Counted from the stretch's first letter, positions 52,776-62,222 are shown. The stretch: DNA of 64,000 nucleotides from Gammaproteobacteria bacterium (GCA_041496705.1 JBGQFD010000006.1:244-64243); one strand, 5' to 3'. The notes: generated from the sequence alone by a model not told the origin. Numbers and translations: made by a program.

Positions 52776-53288
52776 ATGAACGCCAAAGACATTACGCTCA
52801 GGCCGGGGCGCGTTGCCGACGCGGGGAAGATCGCCGCCATGTCGCGCGACCTCATCGAGGCCGGCCTCGGTTGGTCCTGGGGCCCTGACCGCGTGGCGCG
52901 CTCGATTGCCAACAAGGACACCTACGCGCTGCTCGCCTGCGAGCGCGAGCGGCTCGTCGCGTTCTCGATCATGCACTTCGGCGACGAGCACGCGCACCTC
53001 AACCTCCTGGCAGTGCGCCCGTCGCACCAGCGCCTGGGCATCGGCCGCAGCATGGTCGAATGGCTGATCGAATCGGCTTGCGTGGCGGGAATCGCCACCG
53101 TCCACCTGGAACTGCGCGCCGCCAACTACGTAGCGCGCAGCTTCTACAAGTCGCTCGGATTCGCCGAATCCGCCTACATCCCGGGCTACTACCGCGGCCG
53201 CGAGATGGCGCTGCGAATGGTGCGGATTCTGCGCCGGCCGGACGCGACGCTACCGGCCTGGCCGCTGCCGAAGCTGCGCAAAGGCTGA
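52776..53288 (+). CDS. GNAT acetyltransferase (RimI-like)
   Basis: LAV...QRLGIG, LELRAAN, FY..LGF, YY. Confidence 0.85.
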   Translation: MNAKDITLRPGRVADAGKIAAMSRDLIEAGLGWSWGPDRVARSIANKDTYALLACERERLVAFSIMHFGDEHAHLNLLAVRPSHQRLGIGRSMVEWLIESACVAGIATVHLELRAANYVARSFYKSLGFAESAYIPGYYRGREMALRMVRILRRPDATLPAWPLPKLRKG

Positions 53289-53409
53289 CACCAGGCGGCA
53301 CAGGCGACTCCTGCATCAGAGCCGGGCGTTTCCCGGGAACTCGCCCGGTGGCGCACCGCGCTCTATCGCGGAAGATCCGCGCGCGCTTTGCTTCCAGGAC
53401 TCGACAAGC

Positions 53410-55068
53410 TCAGTCGAGCGGACCTGCCGAGTAGGCGCGCTCGATCTCGGCGCCGAAGGTCTTAAGCACGCGCTCGCGCCGCACCTTGAGTGTCGCCGTC
53501 AGCAGGCCGTTCTCGACTGTCCAGGGCTCGCGCGTCGCGATGACCCGCCGCACGCGGATGTAACGCGGGAAACCCTTGAGGCGCTCGTTGGCGCGACGGA
53601 TGAGCCCCTTCTCGTCGGTTTCCCGCGTCACGGCGACCAGTGTGAGGAATGGACGGCCCTCGCCGATCAGTATTCCTTGCTCGAAGGCCAGGTCGCCGAG
53701 AATTGCCAGCTCGACATCCTGCGGCGGAAGCTTCTCGCCGTTGGATAGCACGAGCACGTCCTTCAGCCGGCCGCGGATGAAGATCCTGCCCGAGCGAATC
53801 TCGGCGAGATCGCCGGTGTGCAGCCAGCCCTCGGGATCGAGCGCCTTCGCGGTCGCCTCGGGGTCATTCCAGTAGCCCAGCATGACACTCGGGCCGCGCG
53901 CGAGCAGCTCGCCTTGCGGGCCGAGGCGCACCTCGACGTTGTCGAGCGCAATCCCCACCGACTCCGGGACGTTTCCCTCGAGCCGGTTGACCGAAATCAC
54001 CGGAGAGGCTTCGGTCATCCCGTATCCCTGCAGCAGCGGCAGGCCCAGACCGATGAAGAGCCACGCGATAGACGCATCCAGGGGAGCGCCGCCGAGCACG
54101 GCGAAGCGCAGCCGGCCACCCAGCCTCGCGAGCACTGGCTGCGCGACGCGCCGGCGCAGCAGGGCGAGCACGATCCGATCGGCAAGCCCGGCCTCGCCGC
54201 GCGCAGCGCGGCCCCCCGCCGCGACCACGCGCTCGAAGAGGCGCTTCTTCGCCGGCGACGCGGCGAGCGTCTCGTTGACGCGCGCGGCGAAGCGCTCGAA
54301 AACGCGCGGCACGGCGTACACCACCGTGGGCTGCTGGCTCGCGAGGTCCTCGGCGAGCTGCGAAACCGAGCGCGCAAACGCAACCTGCGCACCGATCGAC
54401 AGAGGCAGGTAGTAGCCCCCCGTACGCTCGAGCATGTGCGACAGAGGCAGGAACGAAAGGAACCGGTCATCCGATCGGGCGAGGCGCGTGCGTTCGCTTG
54501 CGGCGACGTTGGCAAGGATGTTGCCATGACTGAGCATGACGCCCTTGGGCCGGCCGGCGGTGCCGGAGGTGTAGCACACGGTGGCAAGAGTACCTGCGCC
54601 GAGATCCGCAACGGAGAATGCGGGCGCCTGCTTCGGCAGGACCGCGTCCACCGTTGCATGCCCGCTCCCGGTTTCGGTGGCGAGGCAAAGGATGCGCGGC
54701 GCCGTGGCCAGCTTCGCCAGCTCGCCCGCCATGCGGCCGCTTTCCACCACCAGAAGGCGCGCGCCGCTGTTTTCCAGGCACCAGGCGACGTTTTCCGGGT
54801 TGTCGTCGACGTACAGCGGCACGATCACCATGCCCATTCCCAGCGCCGCCTGGTCGGCCGCGACCCAGTGAATGCCGTTTCTGAGACACAGTGCGATGCG
54901 CTCCCCGAGCGCGAACCCTTCGGCGCGCAGATACGCCTGCCAGCGCGCCGCGTAGGCGGCAATGTCGCGCGCCGATATGTCACGCCAGCTGCCCTCGAGG
55001 TGCTGGCGATAGAGAATGCGATCCGGCGTCGCCAGCTGCGCCTGCAGGAGCCCTGCGATGTTGGCCAT
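53410..55068 (-). CDS. Long-chain fatty acid--CoA ligase (AMP-binding)
   Basis: YTSGTAGRPKG, FLPLSH, QGYGMTE, WLHTGD, GRLKD. Confidence 0.92.
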   Translation of the reverse strand: MANIAGLLQAQLATPDRILYRQHLEGSWRDISARDIAAYAARWQAYLRAEGFALGERIALCLRNGIHWVAADQAALGMGMVIVPLYVDDNPENVAWCLENSGARLLVVESGRMAGELAKLATAPRILCLATETGSGHATVDAVLPKQAPAFSVADLGAGTLATVCYTSGTAGRPKGVMLSHGNILANVAASERTRLARSDDRFLSFLPLSHMLERTGGYYLPLSIGAQVAFARSVSQLAEDLASQQPTVVYAVPRVFERFAARVNETLAASPAKKRLFERVVAAGGRAARGEAGLADRIVLALLRRRVAQPVLARLGGRLRFAVLGGAPLDASIAWLFIGLGLPLLQGYGMTEASPVISVNRLEGNVPESVGIALDNVEVRLGPQGELLARGPSVMLGYWNDPEATAKALDPEGWLHTGDLAEIRSGRIFIRGRLKDVLVLSNGEKLPPQDVELAILGDLAFEQGILIGEGRPFLTLVAVTRETDEKGLIRRANERLKGFPRYIRVRRVIATREPWTVENGLLTATLKVRRERVLKTFGAEIERAYSAGPLD

Positions 55069-55160
55069 GAATTCTCCGCCACGGCGCGCGACCCGCGCAG
55101 GCCTGCGCCGCCTGTAATAAGCTGCGGTCTTGCCGCACCTCTCATCATCCTGAACCTGCC

Positions 55161-56321
55161 TTGACCCCGCAAGCCTTCTTTGCCTCCTGCCCTCGCGGCC
55201 TGGAGGCCCTGCTCGCCGACGAGCTTCGCGGGCTGGGCGCGCGGACGATGCAGACGCTTCCGGGCGGGGTGGCGTTCGAGGGCGATCTGCGTACCTGCTA
55301 CCGAGCAAACCTCGAGTCGCGGCTCGCCACGCGCGTGCTCATGTGCCTCGCGCGCACGCCCTGCCGCAACGAGGATGACGTCTACGCCGCTGCGCACGCG
55401 CTCCCCTGGAGCGACTGGTTCAGCGAGAAGCAGAGCATCCGGGTGGATGTCAACGCCATCCGCTCGCCGCTGAAGAGCCTGGAGTTCGCCACGCTGCGCA
55501 TCAAGGACGCAGTGTGCGACCGCTTCCGCGCCGATCTCGGGCAGCGCCCCGACGTCGACACACGCTCGCCGCAAGTGCGCATCCAGGCGTTTCTGGACCG
55601 CGACAGCATCACGCTGTACCTGGACACCTCGGGCGAGCCTCTGCACAAACGCGGCTACCGGCGCGAGGCAGCCGAGGCACCTCTGAAGGAAAACCTCGCC
55701 GCCGGGATCCTGCGCCTGTCGGGCTGGGATGGACGGGAACCCCTGCTCGAGCCGATGTGCGGCAGCGGCACGTTGGCGATCGAAGCCGCGCTGATGGCGC
55801 TCGCCATTCCCCCCGGACACGCGCGCCGGTTCGGTTTCGAGCGCCTGGCGGGATTCGACGCCCGGGCGTGGAACGACGTACGCGACGCGGCGCTGGCGCG
55901 CGCAGAAAGACCGCGTGCGCTGCCGATCCATGCGCGCGACCGCTACGGAGACGAACTGAAGCGCGCAAGCGCGAACGTCCAAGCAGCGGGGCTCGCCGGC
56001 TGCATCGAGCTGAAGCAGGCCGACATCCTCGACACCGGCGCTCCGGCCGCAAGCGGCGTGCTAGTCGCGAATCCGCCGTACGGCGCGCGCATCGGCGAGG
56101 ACCAGGAACTTGCCGAGTTCTACCCGAAGCTCGGCGACACGCTGAAGAAATACTACGCCGGCTGGCGCTGCTACTTCTTTTCCGGCGACGCGCGCCTGCC
56201 GAGGCTGATCCGACTCACGGCAACGAAAAAAACGCCGCTCTTCAACGGCCCTATCGAGTGCCGGCTGTACGAGTACCGGATCGTCGCCGGTTCCAACCGC
56301 AGGAAAGCCGCCACCGGCTGA
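55161..56321 (+). CDS. THUMP-domain RNA methyltransferase (RlmL-like, single MTase domain)
   Basis: GLEALL, SGEPLHKRGYR, APLKENLAA, PMCGSGT, NPPYG. Confidence 0.9.
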   Translation: MTPQAFFASCPRGLEALLADELRGLGARTMQTLPGGVAFEGDLRTCYRANLESRLATRVLMCLARTPCRNEDDVYAAAHALPWSDWFSEKQSIRVDVNAIRSPLKSLEFATLRIKDAVCDRFRADLGQRPDVDTRSPQVRIQAFLDRDSITLYLDTSGEPLHKRGYRREAAEAPLKENLAAGILRLSGWDGREPLLEPMCGSGTLAIEAALMALAIPPGHARRFGFERLAGFDARAWNDVRDAALARAERPRALPIHARDRYGDELKRASANVQAAGLAGCIELKQADILDTGAPAASGVLVANPPYGARIGEDQELAEFYPKLGDTLKKYYAGWRCYFFSGDARLPRLIRLTATKKTPLFNGPIECRLYEYRIVAGSNRRKAATG

Positions 56322-56327
56322 ACGCGA

Positions 56328-56768
56328 TCAGAGAAGGCGGCCGCGCGTTCCGGTCACGGCGAGGAAGATCTCGCGCAGAAACACCATCAGCGCCATGATG
56401 AAGGAGAGCATCGCGCCGATGAAAAGCAGCCCGATGAACTTCGAGAGGTCCAGGTCGATGAGGGCGTCGACGAAGGCGGTGGCGATCAGCATCCCGACGC
56501 AAATTGCGCACAGCACGGCGAGCACCATCGAGCCGTAGACGAGGTGCACGCGCCGGCCGAGCACCTCGAGCTCCGCGCGCACGCCGGTCTGTCCTTCCGG
56601 GGTCAGTTGTCGCAATCGATCCTCGAGCATGCGTCTGCGGTCTACGGCGCGTCCGAGCCGCGTGGTGAGGACGCCGATGATCGTGCCCACCGCGGTGAGC
56701 AGGAACACCGGCGCCACCGCTAGCTGGATGAGCCTGGTGACGTCGATTATGTTGTCCGGGCTGGTCAT
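56328..56768 (-). CDS. DUF2721 membrane protein
   Basis: IQLAVAPVFLL..RLGR.VDR. Confidence 0.85.
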   Translation of the reverse strand: MTSPDNIIDVTRLIQLAVAPVFLLTAVGTIIGVLTTRLGRAVDRRRMLEDRLRQLTPEGQTGVRAELEVLGRRVHLVYGSMVLAVLCAICVGMLIATAFVDALIDLDLSKFIGLLFIGAMLSFIMALMVFLREIFLAVTGTRGRLL

Positions 56769-56795
56769 CTCGGGTCTCCCTGGTCGGCGCCGCGC

Positions 56796-57119
56796 TTAGA
56801 CCATCGCCTTGCGCAGCGCATGCTTAAAGTGGTGGATGTGGTCCAGCGCCACCTTGAGTTTCTCGCGGTCCTTCGCGGCGAGCGCTTCGTCGCGCTTCTT
56901 CTGCCATTCGCGGATCTTTGCCTTGAACGCGCCCTTGTCGATCCCCTTTACTTCGTGGTGGACGTGCATGTCGATGCCGAGCGCCTTGCAGAGAGCCTCG
57001 AGCAGGTGATCCTTGTTGAGCTGGGTGTAGCCCTTCACCGCCTCGTGCTCGATGCCCGCCGCGATCTCGCGCAGCTCGGCGAGGGGCTTCGCTTTCAGCT
57101 CAGGAAAAGTGTGTGCCAT
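56796..57119 (-). CDS. Small basic hypothetical protein with Rho-N-terminal-like helical motif
   Basis: ELKAKPLAELREIA...GYTQLNKDHLL; GGAG RBS. Confidence 0.65.
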   Translation of the reverse strand: MAHTFPELKAKPLAELREIAAGIEHEAVKGYTQLNKDHLLEALCKALGIDMHVHHEVKGIDKGAFKAKIREWQKKRDEALAAKDREKLKVALDHIHHFKHALRKAMV

Positions 57120-57163
57120 GGTTTCAGCTCCCTGAAAGAACGGCAATGATACCTCGCGCGACC

Positions 57164-57664
57164 CTAGGCCGCGCCCAGCTCCTTCTCGATGTCGGGCTCG
57201 AGCGCCTCAGGGACGGTCTTGGGCGCATAGCGCTCCACCACCTGGCCGTCGCGGCCGATCAGGAACTTGGTGAAATTCCACTTGATCGCCTCGGTGCCCA
57301 GAAGCCCCGGCGCCTCGCGCACCAGCCACCGGTACAGCGGGTGGGCGCCCGGACCGTTCACCTCGATCTTGTCGAACATCCGGAAGCTCACGCCGTAGTT
57401 CTTCTCGCAGAACGCGCCGATCGCCGCGGCGTCGCCGGGCTCCTGCTTGCCGAACTGGTTGCAGGGAAAGCCGAGCACCGCGAGGCCCTGGTCGTGATAC
57501 TTGCGGTGCAGCGCCTCCAGACCCGCGTACTGCGGCGTGAAGCCGCATTCGCTCGCGGTGTTCACCACCAGCACCACCTTGCCGCGGAAGTCCGCTAGCG
57601 GCAGCTCGCCTCCCTGCAGCATCTTCGCGGAGAAATCGTAGAGTGTGCCCTGCGGCTTGCCCAT
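57164..57664 (-). CDS. Glutathione peroxidase (BtuE/Gpx family)
   Basis: VNTASECGFT, GFPCNQF, KWNFTKFL. Confidence 0.95.
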   Translation of the reverse strand: MGKPQGTLYDFSAKMLQGGELPLADFRGKVVLVVNTASECGFTPQYAGLEALHRKYHDQGLAVLGFPCNQFGKQEPGDAAAIGAFCEKNYGVSFRMFDKIEVNGPGAHPLYRWLVREAPGLLGTEAIKWNFTKFLIGRDGQVVERYAPKTVPEALEPDIEKELGAA

Positions 57665-58318
57665 TCAGGAGCCTCCCGCGCTGCGGCGTATGTCCGCAAC
57701 GCCGCAGAATCTTACACCCTCGCCCCCCCTTTCCACCGCATCAGCCAGCGCCGCGACCATCTGCGCGAGCGTGACCAAGCCCAGGCGCTGCGCCGCGGCC
57801 CGCGTCGCCGGAATCACCTCGAGCAGCTTGAACACCGGCAGCAGCGCAAGCGGCCAGCGGTGGCCGGGTCCGAGCACGTACCAAGGCCGCAGTATCGTCG
57901 CCGCGATGCCACTCGCCACGACGAGCGCCTCGCCCTCCCTGCGCGCGGCGATGTAGGCCTGCATCACCGGCGCCGGATGCGCGACGCTGACGTAGACGAG
58001 GTGGCGCACCGTGGAATTGTGCGCCGCCGCTAGCGAAGCGCGGATCGACGCCAGATCGACCTGGAAAAACTCATCCGCCTTGGCGGGATTGGGGTGCGGC
58101 GTGCCCACCAGGTGCACAAGCGTGTCGCACGGCGCGATGGCCGCCGCGAAGCTCGCCGCATCGAGCGCGTTGCCGCTCACCGCCTGCGCCCCTCGCGGCA
58201 GCTTCGACTCCGAGCCGCGCCGCACCAGCGCGCGCACCGCGTGCCCGCGCGCGAGCAGCTCGCGCACGAGCGCCCGCCCCATGTAGCCGGTACCCCCGGT
58301 GACGAACACCGCCGTCAT
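57665..58318 (-). CDS. NAD(P)-binding epimerase/dehydratase-like protein
   Basis: VTGGTGYMG Rossmann motif, LRPWYVLGP. Confidence 0.85.
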   Translation of the reverse strand: MTAVFVTGGTGYMGRALVRELLARGHAVRALVRRGSESKLPRGAQAVSGNALDAASFAAAIAPCDTLVHLVGTPHPNPAKADEFFQVDLASIRASLAAAHNSTVRHLVYVSVAHPAPVMQAYIAARREGEALVVASGIAATILRPWYVLGPGHRWPLALLPVFKLLEVIPATRAAAQRLGLVTLAQMVAALADAVERGGEGVRFCGVADIRRSAGGS

Positions 58319-58935
58319 CTAACCACCGCGCCGTTCCAGACGCGCAGCGCGAACACGAAGATCCACAGCGACAGAGTTCCCGACGCGAGGCGCTCGTACA
58401 ATCCGCGCCATCCTCCAGGCTCCGGGTTCCAGGTCATCAGCGCGAGAAACGCGAGGCCGAGCACGCTCGAAACGGCCGAATACGCCACCAGGCCGCGCAG
58501 GTCGCGATGCCGCCTGAACTCGATGCCCCAGAGAAATACCGACAGCAGCAACGCGACGAAGCCGGCGGTCGCAAACATGCCGTGCAGGCGCGCGGCGAGC
58601 GACGCGGCCTCGGCGCACCCCGGCTCGCAGGAGAAAAAGCCGGCGCCGAGTCGCGAAAGACCATTCACGCCGAGCAGCGCCGCCGCGGACGCCGCGAGCC
58701 GGCCGCGGAACAGAACGCCGAGAACCGCAGCAAAGGCGACGTGCATGAGCCCGGTGGGCGCAAAGCCGGCGTAGCGCATGAGGAGCTCGGTCGGGCTGCC
58801 GCGCTCGCCGAGTTCGCTGATGTATTGCGCGGCGTGGCTGAACCCGGGGCGCAGCGCGCCGCAGAAGGCGATGCTTGCTGCCCACAGGAGCGGCGCGAGT
58901 ATGCCGCAGAAAACGCCGATCCTGCGCGGATTCAT
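58315..58935 (-). CDS. DUF998 membrane protein
   Basis: QYISELG, multiple TM segments, LHG, GLYER. Confidence 0.8.
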   Translation of the reverse strand: MNPRRIGVFCGILAPLLWAASIAFCGALRPGFSHAAQYISELGERGSPTELLMRYAGFAPTGLMHVAFAAVLGVLFRGRLAASAAALLGVNGLSRLGAGFFSCEPGCAEAASLAARLHGMFATAGFVALLLSVFLWGIEFRRHRDLRGLVAYSAVSSVLGLAFLALMTWNPEPGGWRGLYERLASGTLSLWIFVFALRVWNGAVVR

Positions 58936-59144
58936 GTCGTCAGGCGTGTCACGACGGGGAGTGGCGGGATGGCGCGACTTGCAGAATTGGTAGCGGGGGT
59001 TGCGTAGCTAGACGCATGACTGCGACCTCGACACGCCGGCGACGCAAATAGTCGCCGAGCTCTTGGAAGCGCTTGCCACCCGGTGCCTCGACGCGTTGGC
59101 GGTCGATCTGGCGGCAACCCTGTGTGTCCAAGAGCATTGCCGCG

Positions 59145-59202
59145 CGCCAACGTTTGAGTTCAGCGGCTGGTAAAGGCAGTCCGCTGAAACGAAGCGCCAG
59201 GC
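59145..59202 (-). repeat. attC site with mutated R'' (GCCTGGC in place of GCCTAAC)
   Basis: Minus strand gcctggc-gcttc-gtttcagcggactg-cctttac-cagccgctgaac-tcaaac-gttggcg; L-box pairing with bulged bases retained. Confidence 0.8.
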
Positions 59203-59218
59203 TGCTGCGATGCGGGCT

Positions 59219-59731
59219 TCATGGGCACTCCTTTGAAACTCTGAGCCCCTTCAGGAAAGCACGGCGAACTGTCCCCGCAGCGATGGCCGCAGCAACCTGC
59301 TTCGAGTAACGCTCTGCCCCACTGAGCTTTCTGACCCACCCTCGGAAGGGAACGACAGCTTCTGCTGTGCGACGCAGGGCGCCAACCGCTGCCGTACTTG
59401 CCGCGCTAGAGCCGCGCTCGATGAGGCCTGGATTGCTGGCGGAAGCGGCTGCATCCAAGTCCGGGCCAAGCACCTCATCAAGGGCGCGAACACTCGCTTT
59501 GAGAGAGGCACAACTCTGATCTGGCGGTACCGAGTAAGGCTCCTTCTGCGCCTCCACAAGGACAGCCGGTATTTCCGCGTGAACCACGTTCAGATCGCTG
59601 AGCGGTGTTGCGGCCGCATCCACAACGCCTGACTGCCCTTGTGTTGTGCAAGCCACCTACACGAGCGCAAGCAAGACAGAGGTTGATCGGTGCACGGCGC
59701 CGACGAGCATGCATGGCCTATGTGTTTGCAT
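59219..59731 (-). pseudogene. Cassette lipoprotein gene with in-frame TAG in the signal peptide
   Basis: GGAGG RBS + ATG 59731, MQTHRPCMLVGAVHRSTSVLLALV*VACTTQ; TAG at 59657-59659 just before lipobox-like VAC; frame open to 59219. Confidence 0.75.
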
Positions 59732-59772
59732 TTTCCTCCACCGTGACGACGTGTCACCTTCCTTGAACAGCA

Positions 59773-59854
59773 GCCTAAGGTCGTGCCGTGCGGCGGGCCG
59801 CCGCGATACCAATAAAACCCGCTCGCCGCTGCCGGGCCGACGCGGACGTCAGAC
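59773..59854 (-). repeat. Decayed attC-like site (R'' GTCTGAC, R' CTTAGGC)
   Basis: Upstream gene's TGA lies in the R''-like box; the R'-like box begins a 9-bp inverted repeat with the far end of the next cassette. Confidence 0.5.
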
Positions 59855-60085
59855 TCTCTTCTCGAGGACGAAGCTGAGCACGAGAAGTGTCACCGGCCAA
59901 AGTCCGACGAAGATTCCCCAGCGTTCTGCGTGAGCTTCCTGCAGCGCCGCCTTCAGCGCGGGATCGGTGATATTGCTGAGGACACGCCGTCCCATCTCGA
60001 ATTGCGGTCCGAAAAACCACACCAGCCATGACAGCGGGATCGAAAGCAATCCGACCCAGAACAAGACTTGCGATAGCATTTGCAT
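59849..60085 (-). CDS. Small two-TM hypothetical protein (probable old cassette)
   Basis: AGGAGG RBS; HAERWGIFVGLWP; two hydrophobic helices. Confidence 0.75.
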   Translation of the reverse strand: MQMLSQVLFWVGLLSIPLSWLVWFFGPQFEMGRRVLSNITDPALKAALQEAHAERWGIFVGLWPVTLLVLSFVLEKRV

Positions 60086-60210
60086 GTCGTCCTCCTTGCG
60101 TTAAGGTGCAACAAACCCTCGTCTAAGGTCATCCGACATTATCTCCTCCACCATTCACCTGAACAATATAGAAGAAAAGCGAATCGCGAGGATGAATGCC
60201 GTCATGATCT

Positions 60211-61302
60211 TCAGCCATTGCTTCGCGGGGACAACGGCAGGCTCCTTGGCGGGCTGTGCCAGGGCAGCAGGTGCTTGCGAAAGAACGCCGCGATCTTGCG
60301 GTCCACCTCGGGGAGCACGGAGCGGTCGAAGCCAAGCGGGTCGTTCAGCAGGTCAGCGATGACGCCGGACAGCCCGGGCGGAAAGGGTGACAGCAACGCG
60401 CCATGGCCCCCGTTTAGGAAATCACCCAGCCGCTCGCACCCGGCGCATGCTTGGAGCACGCGGTCACTGTGAAAGCGTGGGACCAGCCATTTGTCCTGCC
60501 GTGCGGTCACCAGTGCCAGGGGCACACGCGGTGCAGCCAGCGAGGCGAAGTCAAAGTCCACGGCAAACGGGACACCGGCGACGACCGCGGCGAGGCGCGG
60601 TTCAGTGTGGGTGTACCACGTAGCGTCTTCGAGCCGCCAGCGAATTACCGTCAGGGCGACCGTCTTCTTCAATCCATCCAGGAAGTCGCCGTTCAGCCGG
60701 GTCGCCAGACCAACGCAGGAGTGAAAATCCTCGGCGATGTGCGCTTCGCAGTGATCTCTCAATTGTGCCGGCGACCATCGGCCGCCTGCCAGGCTGAGGG
60801 CTGTGTGCCCGCCTGCGGACATGCCATACATGCCTACCTTGTCCAGCGCGAGCAGCGGCGCGAAGCGCCGATCCTGCCTCACCGCGTCGATGGCGCGCGA
60901 CACCTCAACCGGCCGGCGCTTCCAGCTCTCGGGCCCCGCCGCGCTTGAATCCTTGTAGTTGTCGCCCCGGTGCTCGGGCATGGCGACCACGAAACCGCTT
61001 TCTACCAAGGCGCGAGCCAGGTCGGCATGCACCCAAGGGGAGCCGCCCGAGCCGTGCGAGATGACGATGAGGCGCCCATTGCCGCGCACGATGGCGCCCT
61101 GCGAGGCGACATGGAGAGTGAAGGGGCCACGTTTGAGCGGCTGCGCTTCGCTGCTGGAGGGGTAGTAGACGGTCACGCGGCCATTGCCGTCCTCGTCGTC
61201 GATCTCGGTCAAGCCCACAGCGGCCTGCGCTACGGCGGCCAGCAGAGCGAGCGCTGCGGCGAGGAGAAAGCGAGCTTCGGAAATGTTTGAATGCGTGGAC
61301 AT
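60211..61302 (-). CDS. Cassette gene: exported predicted dienelactone-hydrolase-like alpha/beta hydrolase
   Basis: Signal peptide, ISHGSGG, HRGDN, GMSAGG nucleophile motif; ATG 3 nt after GTTAGCC. Confidence 0.85.
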   Translation of the reverse strand: MSTHSNISEARFLLAAALALLAAVAQAAVGLTEIDDEDGNGRVTVYYPSSSEAQPLKRGPFTLHVASQGAIVRGNGRLIVISHGSGGSPWVHADLARALVESGFVVAMPEHRGDNYKDSSAAGPESWKRRPVEVSRAIDAVRQDRRFAPLLALDKVGMYGMSAGGHTALSLAGGRWSPAQLRDHCEAHIAEDFHSCVGLATRLNGDFLDGLKKTVALTVIRWRLEDATWYTHTEPRLAAVVAGVPFAVDFDFASLAAPRVPLALVTARQDKWLVPRFHSDRVLQACAGCERLGDFLNGGHGALLSPFPPGLSGVIADLLNDPLGFDRSVLPEVDRKIAAFFRKHLLPWHSPPRSLPLSPRSNG

Positions 61303-61305
61303 GTC

Positions 61306-61398
61306 GGCTAACGTCCGCGTTGAGCGGCGCGCCGCCACGGACACCAGCTAAAGGCGCACTGCTTATCGGTGCGTCCGCTCTCGAACGCGTTGTTAGGG
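61306..61398 (-). repeat. attC site (intact, 93 bp)
   Basis: ccctaac-aacgc-gttcgagagcggacgc...gcgccgctcaac-gcggac-gttagcc; TAA of upstream gene in R''. Confidence 0.92.
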
Positions 61399-61749
61399 CG
61401 CTCGTGCCTTGCGAAGTGCCGCACTCCAACCCCCAGAAAGAACAAATCGCGGAAACGTTACCCACTGTTCAAAGAAAAGACGCGACACGAAATTTAGCGG
61501 CCCGCTGAAGGGTTCGGGCGGTACCGGTTCCAGGCGGTGTCCACGACCTTGTAACGCGACCGCCACGACGATACATCCGAGAAACACCGCGAAAAGCAAG
61601 AGCGAAACTTGAACGACGGCCGCAACAAGACCAATGGTTCCGACCAAAAATAGAGGAACGGCAAAAATGTGAATGAGCAAGTTGGCGTGAGCCTGGTGAT
61701 ACTTGGGATAGCCCTCCCACTGCCATTGTAATAGTTGACTGACGCTCAT
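61393..61749 (-). CDS. Cassette gene: DUF962/Mpo1-like membrane protein
   Basis: YPKYHQ..NLLIH..AVP...QGRGH.LE. Confidence 0.8.
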   Translation of the reverse strand: MSVSQLLQWQWEGYPKYHQAHANLLIHIFAVPLFLVGTIGLVAAVVQVSLLLFAVFLGCIVVAVALQGRGHRLEPVPPEPFSGPLNFVSRLFFEQWVTFPRFVLSGGWSAALRKARAP

Positions 61750-61766
61750 ACTCTAGCGCTAGAGAG

Positions 61767-61822
61767 CTCTAACGTCCGCGTTCAAAGACGCGCCAAGGAC
61801 GATTTGCAACGTCTAGTTAGGC
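61767..61822 (-). repeat. attC site (intact, short, 56 bp)
   Basis: gcctaac-tagac-gttgcaaa...tttgaac-gcggac-gttagag; one extra base in L''. Confidence 0.85.
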
Positions 61823-62209
61823 GTCAGTGTCGGCGACACAGTCGGCCTCGATTTCCACCAGCCAATCGCGGTTGATCAGCCCCTTCACCTCCACGAAGGT
61901 ACAGGCAGGCCTGATACCGGAAAACACCTCTCCGTGTGCGCGTGCTGCTTCTTCCCAGCGAGAAATATCGGTGAGCATTACGCGAGTGCGAATGACGCTC
62001 TGAAGCCCGAGACCGGCACTACCGATCGCCTGGGAAATAATGTCCAGGCAACGCTTCGTCTGACCATAGACATCGCCAGGGGCCGCGACCCCGCCATCAG
62101 CTGCGATGGGTGCCGTGCCTGCAACCGCAACGAATGGCCCGATCCTCACCGCTCGAGAAAACCCGATCTTCGGTTCGAAGGGTGACCCGGAGGATATGAG
62201 CTTGCGCAT
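61817..62209 (-). CDS. Cassette gene: RidA/YjgF family protein
   Basis: SSGSPFE..GFSRAVR...AGT...RPACT...LVEIEAD. Confidence 0.92.
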   Translation of the reverse strand: MRKLISSGSPFEPKIGFSRAVRIGPFVAVAGTAPIAADGGVAAPGDVYGQTKRCLDIISQAIGSAGLGLQSVIRTRVMLTDISRWEEAARAHGEVFSGIRPACTFVEVKGLINRDWLVEIEADCVADTDA

Positions 62210-62222
62210 AATGTCCTCTGAC

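Noticed and set aside
59657-59659. Pyrrolysine or amber recoding
   Set aside because: TAG is a normal stop in many genes in this window and no pyl genes are seen
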